A stretch of DNA of 64,000 nucleotides from positions 8,556,001 to 8,620,000 of the forward strand of contig OZ024747.1 of NCBI GenBank assembly GCA_964016885.1. Reading direction: 5' to 3'. The position numbers were made by a program, and so were the translations under genes. The DNA is from Eledone cirrhosa (taxonomy: Eukaryota). Shown piece after piece: positions 52,760 to 64,000 of the stretch (the stretch's first letter is position 1; the number at the start of each line of letters is the position of its first letter). The notes below the pieces were generated by a model. It worked only from the letters and a program-made list of their open reading frames with translations, was not told where the DNA came from and did no database searches.

Positions 52760-53105
52760 ATCAGCAGTTGGGTGGAGTAGGTATTTTGTTAGCTGAAAAA
52801 TAAAATAGTTGAGGTAGTCAGAGCAAGTGACTGTCATTAAGCTTAGACTGGTCCCTGATAAAACAAGTGACAATCATCTCTACATATGCACCACAATCTA
52901 GACAGACTGATAAACTGAAAGACGATTAGTCCCTTCTGCACTCCTGAATCAGCAATGGTGACTTCATAACTGCAGATGACAATTTTAGAGGACATTTTAT
53001 GCAACACTGTGAGTCCATGGTGTTCACAGAAGCATTAGGTTCAGTGCAAAAAATGAGAAAGGATCAATCCTCATGGAATTCTATGTTGCTAATGAACTCT
53101 CTGCA
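52760..53105 (+). mobile_element. RTE APE-endonuclease remnant
   Basis: Decayed VEVVRASD..IKLRLV, TIISTYAPQS and NEKGSILMEFYVANEL motifs. Confidence 0.6.
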
Positions 53106-54206
53106 ACAATATCAGTCAGGCGAGCAGACAGCCTAGATAGATTCTATTTTCATCAGAAGTAAAGTTACAAGGATGGTTGTAAATACAATGTCCCTCTTCA
53201 ATGAGTTGTGCACCATCCAACAAAACTGATAAGAGATGAAAGAAAGTTAGGTTTTGTTTCAGATAGAGGGAGGGACCACACATGCTCTCCCCCACTTCCT
53301 TGAGAGACAATTCTAGGAGAAGTAATTGCAAAAACAGGTTCTAACAAATGTTCAAACAGCTCCCTAAAAATAGTTGACAGCTTCCATTAGTTTGGGGATT
53401 TAGCTGACAATGGGTGGAGGGCATTAAAACCAGAGACACTAGACTGAGAGCTGGGTGAAAAAAAGGTCAGTCATTTTCTGCGTTAGGATGCTAACATTTT
53501 CAAATTTCAAACTGCCCCCAACATTTCATACATCATGTTATATATATATATGAAATAATGTTAAGAGAGATGTAATATTTACATAATTGTATTTATTACA
53601 TTATACACATTTCAATGGCATGGTAGGTAGTTATTATGTAATGGTTACGTAAGTAACTAGCATTCAGTGTGATATCATCAGATGTTAACACAATCATGAG
53701 AAGTCGTTATATAGGTATGTTGATATGTCGCAGGTAAAATAGTTCCATGTATATATATATAGAGAGAGAGAGAGAGAGAAAGAGAGAGAGTGAAAGAATC
53801 TGTGGTGGTTTTGACTTGTGTGACACACAAGTCAAAACCACTCGGCACTGCAGTCAGAACTTTACACATATATATATATGGTGGGGAGAGTTTATGTACG
53901 TATGTGTTTGTATGTATATATATATATACACATACAAACACATACGTACATAAACCCTCCTTTATGCTTTGCAGTTCATTTATCTTACTATTACACATCC
54001 ATAGGAGCATGCATGCTTTATTTCTTTCCATTTTTTGTAGGTCCTTTGCATACATTTATGTATGTATACACACACACGTACAAACATATATATACATTTA
54101 TATATATACATATATACATCCATGTATATATATGAACACATACATCAACATATATATATGTACATGTATATGTATACATATATATGCATACATACATGTA
54201 TACTTT

Positions 54207-54747
54207 ATCATCATCATCATCTTCGTTTAACGTCCCTCTTCCACGCTAGCATGGGTTAGACGGGAGTTGTCCTACTTGAGGCAAGGTTGGTCGGGTGACC
54301 GTGTCTCGCTCATATAGGACTATCTGGCAGGTTTTCTATGGCTGGATGCCCTTCCTAACACCAACCACATTTACAGTGTGGAACTGGGAACTTTTTACCG
54401 TGTTACCTACACGGCCACATTACAGCGTGGACTGTGTGTTTTTTTGCCGTGACACCTACACGATCTCGATCTCGATCTTATTTATATGGACTGGATGTTG
54501 TGGTACCAATTTTATAGAGAGAGGGTGGTGTTGGTGGGAGTGGGAGGATAGGGTAGGGGTAGTGGATTGGGGTGTATATTTGGTTAAGAGGTGCCTACTG
54601 ATTGTAGGTTTCGCTTAGTACATAGGCAAGGCGGGTCTTCTGTATTACTACGTGGCGCCAAAGATCTCGGTCCAGTGACATTGTCTTAGAGAGGTGCAAG
54701 TGTGTAAGGTCGGAATTTATCAGATCGTGCCAGGTTTTCCTGGGTCT
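54207..54747 (-). mobile_element. RTE LINE 3' end/UTR
   Basis: Homologous to 22966-23490; (CAT)n tail. Confidence 0.8.
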
Positions 54748-55644
54748 ACTATATATATATATATATATATATATAAAGTATACATATATGTATGCATATA
54801 TATGTATACATAGACATGTACATATATATATATATATATATGTTGATGTATATGTTCATATATATACATGGATGTATATATGTGTATATATATAAATATA
54901 TATGTGTGTGTGTATACGTACATATGTACATAAATGTATGCAAAGGACCTACAAAAAATAGAAATAAATAAAGCATGCATGCTCTGATGGATGTGTAATA
55001 GTAAGATAAATGAACAGCAAAGCGTAAATGAACTGAGAGAGAAATTTAGCATATGAAGAATCAGATGCAGTGTGCAGCAGAGGAAATTGCAGTGGTATGG
55101 TCATGTGATGCATATGGAGGATGACAGCTGTATAATGCTGCTAAAATGGCTAAAAGCACCCTGTCCACTCTATAAGGTAACCATGCTGGTGATGTGACAA
55201 AAAAGCACCCGGTCTACTCTGTAAAATGGTCATGTTGGTGACACGGCAAAAAGTACTCTGGCCACCCTGTAAGGTGGTCATGTAGTGACACAACAAAACG
55301 CACCCAGTCCACCCTGTAAAGTAGTCGTGTTGATGACACAACAAAAAGTACTCTGGCCACCCTGTAAGGTGGTCATGTTAGTGACACAACAAAAAGTACC
55401 CAGGTCAGCCTATCTATTGGTCGTTTTGGTGCCATGATTAAAAGCACCCAGTTCATGCTGTAAATGTGTTTGGCACTGCGAAGGGCATCCAGCCATAGAA
55501 ACCAAGCCAGAAGTCATTCTGTATGAGTAAAGATATGTTCATAAAGGGCTGAAATTCTATGCCACAAAGCATGTTGTCCAAGAACTTTGAATTAATGAAA
55601 AGGAAGATGTTATATCAATGATTGAATATTTGTCTATGCTTTAA

Positions 55645-55863
55645 CCCTTTAGCATTTAAACCAGCCATAACCAGCCAGAATTCTCTCACTTCTTTCAGTT
55701 CAAACTGGCTGTAACTGGCTGCTCATGCTAATGTTAAGGTATTGTTCTCAAGATAAATAACATCAAAATCTCATAGATTCGATATTATGAGATAATTATG
55801 TAAAATAAAGCCTTTACCACAAAAATACGATAGTATGTATAGAGCAATGTAAATGCTAAAGGG
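55645..55863. mobile_element. piggyBac-type MITE
   Basis: Same TIRs and TTAA flanks; internal sequence is the reverse complement of the 51703 copy. Confidence 0.85.
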
Positions 55864-56069
55864 TTAATCCTTCATTTACTATATCCTTACCTTTTAGATG
55901 AAGATGATATATATTTTGTTGAATACCTTCAAGATGTGAACAAAACAAAATATATAATACATGGAAAAAATAATTAGAATTTTCTTCATTGTCCAAGTAT
56001 CTCATCCTTTTTCTGTCCCATGCCACTTCATCGATTCTTCAAAGAAATGTACCCCACAATGGTCAAAGT

Positions 56070-57590
56070 TAGTATATAACATAGTATATATCATAGTATA
56101 TAGCATGGTGTATAATATAGTATAGTGGATAGTATGGTATATAGTATGGTATATAGTGTAGTATATGGTACATAGCATCATATATATCATAGTATATAGC
56201 ATAGTCTATAGCATGGTGTATAATATAGTATAGTGGATAGTATGGTATATAGTATGGTATATAGTGTAGTATATGGTACATAGCATCATATATATCATAG
56301 TATATAGCATAGTATATAATATAGTCAATAGCATGGTGTATAATATAGTATATACTAGACCTGAAAAATGCGCAAGCTCAAAAAAGCCACAGAATGTTAT
56401 AATAAACCTTCAAAAGTGTGGGACTAGAGTTGTTGCTCAAATATATTGTAATCATTATCTATCGTACACTCTGTGGCATCCTTTTATAACAAAGAGACTC
56501 ATAACGAACACAAGACGACACGATAATTATTTAAGCTAATGTTCAATATCTCATATTAGATGTTTAGTAATGATTAATACGAAATGCACTTAAACCGAAT
56601 TCTATATTATAAATTCACTTAAATAATTATTGTGTCATCTTGAGTTCGTTATGAGTCTCTTTTTTATAAAAGGATGCCACAGAGTGTACGATAGATAATG
56701 ATTACAATATTTTTGAGCAACAACTCTAGTCCCACACTTTTGAAGGTTTATTATAACATTCTGTGGCTCTTTTGAGCTTGCGCATTTTTCAGGTCTAGTT
56801 TAATATTTTTTTAAGGCAACGCTTGTAATAACTCTAGTTAAACATGATATATATTAATAATAAATTATCGTTGTAATGTAATTAGATTATATAATTGTTA
56901 TTTTATAAATGATCTTATAAATATTATTGTAAGATGTATAAAAATATTTTCAGACTTTTAATAGTTAATATAAATTTAAAAAATCATATATAAATTAATA
57001 ATATAACTTACCAAAACGAGAAAAATATTTTGATGATAAAACGACGAAATACTGGAGGAAGATTCGAAAGCGAAACGATAAATAAACGTGGAAATAAAGT
57101 GGCGGATGCTTTTGAGCAACAATTACTCTCGTTGGTTGATTAGCCAATAAGACGATATATTACAAAAGATGTTTGGGAGGCATCACCACGGCCAGCGATA
57201 CCCCTTGAAATTTTTATTCACAAGCTACGCATATATGTCAGATACGCAGACTTAAAACATTCTGTTGTTAGTCACTGCGTATCTAACAGATAATAGTGTA
57301 TAGTATATAGTGAATAGCATGGTGTATAATATAGTATATAGCATAGTGTATAGTATAGTGAATAGTATGGTGTATAGTATGGTATATAGTGTAGTGTATA
57401 GTATAGTGAATAACATGATGTATAGTATGGTATATAGTGTAGTATATGGTACATAGCATAGTATATAGCATAGTATATAGCATAGTATATAACATAGTAT
57501 ATAGCATAGTATATAACATAGTATATAGCATAGTATATAGCATAGTATATAGCATAGTATATAGCATAGTATATAGCATAGTATATACAT
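56070..57590. repeat. TATAG/GCATAG minisatellite split by the 56354-57300 insertion
   Basis: Same repeat at 56070-56353 and 57293-57590. Confidence 0.85.
56354..57300. mobile_element. Helitron/Helentron-like or fold-back insertion within a minisatellite
   Basis: Starts with ACTAG; ~182-bp inverted arms 56354-56535 / 56618-56799; distal hairpin 57236-57288; flanked on both sides by the same TATAG/GCATAG low-complexity repeat. Confidence 0.5.
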
Positions 57591-57793
57591 ATCTCATTCT
57601 AAAGTCCCACGATCTACATTGAGGGACATTGGGTTAAAGAAAGTATTGGAACAAAAATTGATAACAGCAACCTACAATGTCAGATCAATTTAATGTGTGT
57701 GTATATATTTATGTGTTTATATATATGTGTATATATATATATGTGTATATATATATGTGTTTATATATGTGTGTATATATATGTGTGTATATA

Positions 57794-57845
<52 letters not shown>

Positions 57846-57956
57846 TCTAACTCTATCTTCTGATGAAAGACTGCTGTTTCAAGCATTAAACTAATATATT
57901 TCTTAAATGAATTGTGTTGTTTGCTTTGTTATTTTTGTTTACTTTTTACATACATA

Positions 57957-57988
<32 letters not shown>

Positions 57989-58067
57989 CATATATATACA
58001 TATATATATATATTTGTGTGTATATATATATATACACACAAATATATATATATATATGTATATATAT

Positions 58068-58106
<39 letters not shown>

Positions 58107-58131
58107 CATATATATATATATATAGATATAC

Positions 58132-58478
<347 letters not shown>

Positions 58479-58492
58479 TATGTGTTACATAC

Positions 58493-58529
<37 letters not shown>

Positions 58530-58536
58530 CACACAC

Positions 58537-58585
<49 letters not shown>

Positions 58586-58648
58586 TATATATATACATAT
58601 ATATATATACATATATATATACATATATATATATACATATATATATAC

Positions 58649-58679
<31 letters not shown>

Positions 58680-59005
58680 GTAATAATAATAAATTTGAAG
58701 ACTAAAATCCAAAGAGGGCTCGATAGGGATAAATATATATCAAATATATAAGAACCGTAGAGCAAATATTTATTAAAATAACAGATTAAAGTTTAAGCAA
58801 AGAATCGCTGCTTTCACCCTTAACGGGATCTTCAGAAGATCCCGTTAAGGGTGAAACTTTGGTTAAACTTTAATCTGTTATTTTAATAAATATATATATA
58901 TATATACATATATATATAGAAAAGATGAATATAAAATGAAAGATATATTATCACGACATTATTGATAACTTGAAATTTTAATAATCTCCTATACAGTTGA
59001 GCAAC

Positions 59006-59078
<73 letters not shown>

Positions 59079-59410
59079 GCACACACAAACATTTATATAT
59101 GTAAATTCATCAATAAAGCAGAACGTAGTATAAAGATACTATATATAGTTGCTAGTTGCTGTGTTGTTTATCTGTAAGAGTTACATAATGACCTCTCATT
59201 GGTAAACAGATTTCAGTAGGTTAAAGCACTCCACATCAGTTGTAACCATCCACCTTACAGATGGCTATCAAACATAACAGAGTTATCATATATGAAATAA
59301 ACATTAAAACAGAAGTTACATAATCATATTTGTTATAATAAATATGATTATGTAACATTTCATTATATATATATATATTTAACGTCCATCTTCCACGCTA
59401 GCATATGTAT

Positions 59411-59680
59411 CATCATCATCATCATTTTTACGTCTGCTTTTCCCTGCTTTCAAAGGTGGGACGGGAACTGATTCTGGCTTGATTTCTACAGCTGGATGCC
59501 CTTCCTAACACCAACCTCATTTACAGTGAGTGATGGGTGCTTTTTTGCCGTGGCACCTCCACGTCCACTTTGCAGTGAATGATATGGACACCAGTCCCTA
59601 TCATCTCATTTCTACAGCTGAGTAAACTGGAGCAATGTGAAATAAAGTGTCTTGCTCAAGGGAACAACACATCACCCGGA
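59411..59680 (-). mobile_element. 5'-truncated tRNA-SINE (same family)
   Basis: Homologous to 47041-47320. Confidence 0.8.
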
Positions 59681-59805
59681 TATATATATATATATATACA
59701 TATACATACATACACATACACACATATACATATATATATAATAGTATACGGTACAGTATATGGAAGGTATATATTAGGTTAACTCTTAATATAGCAGGAA
59801 GAGGG

Positions 59806-59841
59806 TCTTAATGTTTCGGACGCTAGTCCTTCATCAGAAGA
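59806..59841 (-). ncRNA. Minimal type I hammerhead motif
   Basis: Minus strand: TCTT CTGATGA a GGAC tagc GTCC GAAA CAT T AAGA. Stem III is minimal (probably ACGT with a CpG change), like Penelope-associated minimal hammerheads. Confidence 0.6.
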
Positions 59842-60052
59842 AAGAATGAGAAATAAGATAGATTGAGGGGACGGGCGGGGTGGAATTGGAAAAAATGTCT
59901 TTAGATAAAAATAACAGGTCCATTCATGTTGACATATATATTAGTTCATTGTTATACAATCATTTCAGAGGGTTGATTAATTGTGGAAGATCACATCAAA
60001 TAGTATGGTACTGGTTATGTTACTACCTGCTATATATATATTTGCTATATAG

Positions 60053-60185
60053 TGGAGGTGTATGGCTGATTAGTTAGAGAACTGGATTCACAATCATGAG
60101 GTTGTCAGTTCGATCCCCAAACCGGGTGATGCGTTATGTCCTTGAGCAAGACACTTTATTTCATGTTGTTCCTTCTACCTGTAGT
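60053..60185 (+). mobile_element. tRNA-derived SINE 5' part
   Basis: TGGCTGATTAGTTAG, AGTTCGATCC, CCTTGAGCAAGACACTT. Confidence 0.7.
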
Positions 60186-60296
60186 TGCAACTGGTAGATA
60201 GTATTAGCCATTGGAAAGACCAACGGAAAGATTGTTTCCTCGGTCCAATTTGACGAAAGTCGATTGACAATTTATATATATATATATATATATAAA

Positions 60297-61605
60297 AGAT
60301 GTAGTGGGATCACAGGTAAGCTAACTAAGAACATAGATTTTACATGTGGCCGGTGCAATAAGTAGCAGCAAGTGCCCACAAAGTATTAGCTCTTTCAACT
60401 ACGCAGAGGGTTCTATAGAAATAGTGGACAGCTTCCGTTACCTGGGTGACAAAATCAGCAGTGGGGGAGGGTGCTCTGAAAGTACAGGAGCTAGAGTCAG
60501 AACTAGATGGAAAAAGTTCAGAGAGCTTATACCACTATTAGCTGCTAAAGGGTTCTCCCTAAAAATGAAAGGCAGGTTGTATGATGCCTGCATACGAACA
60601 GCAATGCTGCATGGCAGTGAGACCTGGGCATTATGTGCAGAGGATATACACAGACTAGAGAGGAACGAAGCTTGCATGCTCCACTGGATGTGTAATAGTA
60701 ATATACGTGAGCGACAAAGCATAAACGAACTAAGGAAAAAATTAGAAATAAGAGGGATCAGATGTTGTTTACTCTAGAGAAGGCTACGTTGGTATGGTCA
60801 CGTGATGCGCATGAAAGACAATAGCTGTATAACAAAGTGCAGGGCAATAAAGATAGACGGTAGCCACGGAATAGGCAGACCCAGAAAAACCTGGGATGAG
60901 CTGATAAATTCTGACCTCACACGCTTACACCTCTCCAAGACAATGTCACTGGACCGAGACCTTTGGCGGTACTCAGTAATAGAGAAGACCCGCCTTACCT
61001 AAATACAAAGTAAAACCTACTACAGTCAGTAGGCATCTCTAACAAAATACACCCCCATCCCACCACCCCCACCCCATCCACACCACCCCTTTCAATGTAA
61101 AGTTATGTTGGTGCAACAACATCCAGGCCGAAACAAATGAGATCGTGTAGGTGTCACGACAAAAAACATACAGTCCACGCTGTAATGTGGCCGTGTAGGC
61201 AACACGGTAAAAACCTCCCAGCCCCACACTGTAAATGTGGTTGGTGTTAGGAAGGGCATCCAGCTGTAGAAAACCCGCCAGACAGTCCACGCTGTAATGT
61301 GGCCGTGTAGGCAACACGGTAAAAACCTCCCAGCCCCACACTGTAAATGTGGTTGGTGTTAGGAAGGGCATCCAGCTGTAGAAAACCCGCCAGACAGTCC
61401 ACGCTGTAATGTGGCCGTGTAGGCAACACGGTAAAAACCTCCCAGCCCCACACTGTAAATGTGGTTGGTGTTAGGAAGGGCATCCAGCTGTAGAAAACCC
61501 GCCAGACAGTCCTATGCGAGCAAGACAATCACTCTTGCCTCAAGTAGGAAAACCCCCGTCCAAACCCATGCAAGCGTGGAACACGGACATTAAACGTTGA
61601 TGATG

Positions 61606-61606
<1 letters not shown>
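60297..61606 (+). mobile_element. 5'-truncated RTE LINE, 3' UTR with 3x112-bp tandem duplication
   Basis: ORFs 60346-60777 and 60802-61002 encode the RT C-terminus; 112-bp units start at 61171, 61283 and 61395; (GAT)n tail. Confidence 0.9.
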
Positions 61607-61636
<30 letters not shown>

Positions 61637-61939
61637 GCAAATAAAATCATAGTTTAGTGTTTTTGAAGAAAGTGATCAATCGAACATGAATTTTGAGACT
61701 AGAAGCAGGTAGTAACCTAACCACTACCATACTAGTTGATACGATCTTCCACAATCAATCAACTCTTTGAAAGGATCGTGAAACAAGGAATTAATATATT
61801 ACCTACCTCTGATTTTTGTTTTGTTTTCATTGTTCTACACACACACTCATACATACCGTCAAATATTGTGAATAGCCATGTGTACTAAAGTAACACCAAC
61901 ACACACAAATCTAGATATAGGTTCCCACAAAAAGGAAAA

Positions 61940-63030
61940 AGAAAGCTTATGAAGATTTACTAAAATAAATTTTGAGTCAACTTTTATTAATACCTGAATG
62001 AAATTTAGAAAAGGTTTCTTTATGATTCTTTCATCTTATGGAACAAAACGATAGATGAACCAGAGAAATTTAAAATATTATAAACACAATGAATACCATA
62101 ATCAATTTATAATGGAATCTAGCAACGAAACCCCTTTTTAGATATTTTATTAATGATAATAGATGAACAGGTTGAAACAGAAATCTGTTATAAACCCACA
62201 CGTAAGAAACAATACTTACTATTCACATCTTGCCATCCTAAACATACTCGAACACATATTCCTTTTACTTTGGAGAAATGAATATACATAATTGTTTTCA
62301 ATCCAACAATGTGAAAGGAAAGGTTGATAGAATTGCAAAATATCTTAACCCTCCAAAAACTTTTCCTCCAGTTTAGTGAAAAGTGATATAGAAAGAGAAC
62401 ACAGTATATATTTTCAAGTTTTATGGATGGTAAAAAATAAACCAAAAGAAAACACACTTCCTGTTATATAAACAGGCAATCCAGGGAATATTGAAATTTA
62501 TAATCATATCCATAAGAATCTACCTAATATGTACAATGATAAAAAAATATGAAAAACATCTTGGAGCCAAAAATTTGGAAAATAATTACAAGGGCAAAGA
62601 TTCACAACAAATTCCCAATATATAAGTAACAAAATGTGGAAGACCTCATCGCAGAATTTGTGAATATATGCTGGGCCACTCAAAATTCAGATTCAAAGAT
62701 GGACAAACTTTTAAACTTAAAAATAGATTCAGATATTCATTTGATAATCTTGTCTGTTTTAACAGGTTGCAGCATGGAACAAATAACATGGGAATAACTG
62801 GCAATGTTTTACAAAAATGAATGACCATCCACCAACAAACAATCTGAGATATAGATGCAAGAAGGATTCCATTGATTGGTTATATAGAGAAATGCACAGC
62901 AGGGAATTTTCCCACTTTCAGAATTTCTCTAATTTATTAATTTGCAGATAACATTACCAAACAACAAAAAATAAACAAGGTAAAAATACTAATTAACAAA
63001 TATAAACTACACTTAAAAGTTTAAGAATAA
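61940..63030 (+). mobile_element. Decayed Penelope-like element (RT C-terminus + GIY-YIG endonuclease)
   Basis: Frameshifted translation gives PFLDILL and QVETEICYKPTRKKQYLLFTSCHPKHTRTHIPFTL (PLE RT thumb), plus an NLV..LT.C..EQ..G.TGN.L...MTIHQQ GIY-YIG-like remnant near 62745-62845. Confidence 0.75.
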
Positions 63031-63317
63031 TATTCTGCCAAAACCCTCACATACCAAGTCACGTGTCTATCATATCATTTTACTATAAGGTCAAAGGTTA
63101 AATGACATTTATAGCAACATGCAGAAAAACGGTTGAAGCTACTACTGTTGATGATAAACAGTTATTAATATAATTAATACTATTATAATATTTTTATAAA
63201 CTGCTGAACTTGGAGTACATTTGTGGTTATTGTTATAAACTATATACTATTAGACATAGTGAAAGTGTGTCTTTTTGTATCCATCTTATATAAATGTGTA
63301 TATATGTATGTATATAA

Positions 63318-63348
<31 letters not shown>

Positions 63349-63367
63349 CACATGCATACATATATAT

Positions 63368-63407
<40 letters not shown>

Positions 63408-64000
63408 CAACAGAGTACTCAATACTTGGGATAGTAGTGTGACTATATTAGAGAGAGATTTGAGGCCCGACGGCAGAGCTCTTGCCATTTTGACACCTAA
63501 TTTGAAACAGCTGTCAAAACGACAAAAGCTCAGCCGTTGGGCCCAACTCTCTCTAACATATATATAAAGTTAAAATACATGGCAACTAAGCATATGTTTT
63601 CATTGAAACTCAGAGTTTCATGATGGTATCTTATTAATTATAGCAGATTGATGAAACACACTAGATTAATCTGCTACAATAAATCAGATACCATCATAAA
63701 ACTCTGAGTACCAATGAAAACATATGTTTAGTTGCCATATACTTTAAATAATATAAAGTATCTATGTTTACATATCAAGATCTTATTCTTTTGTATCTAC
63801 AATGCACATTCAGACAACTATATATATGTGTCTGTGCATATGTATATATAAATATGTATATTATATATAAGTATATGTATGTATATAGGTAAAATGTATA
63901 TGTATATATCCACACACTGTTGAGATAAAAATAAGCTTATTTTTATGTCTATCTCAGCAGAAGTGTGGCTGATACGTAACCTTGACAATAACCAAAAAAC

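Overview
AT-rich, repeat-dominated eukaryotic DNA, very probably a coleoid cephalopod (Octopus-like; inferred from the protocadherin type, Nin-domain and tRNA-derived SINEs, RTE LINE 3' ends and (TA)n/(ATC)n microsatellites). The only convincing host coding sequence is one large minus-strand protocadherin exon (signal peptide, 6 cadherin repeats, TM, start of cytoplasmic tail; CDS 28204->25835, acceptor AG at 28262-28261, donor GT at 25834). It is tightly bracketed by tandem repeats. The rest is three distinct-looking 29-bp minisatellites (one ~10.8 kb with three biallelic sites), other tandem repeats, SINEs, decayed non-LTR fragments (RTE, L1/Tx1, R4-like, HERO-like, CR1/Jockey-like), a decayed Penelope-like element, TTAA piggyBac-type MITEs and a Helitron/Helentron-like insertion. 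The most striking unannotated signal is about ten type I hammerhead-ribozyme motifs (several with intact cores). They sit mostly in short islands between (TA)n tracts and are often linked to fold-back palindromes with arms up to ~200 bp, consistent with Penelope-like retroelement derivatives. All alignments and folds were done by eye; no searches were run.
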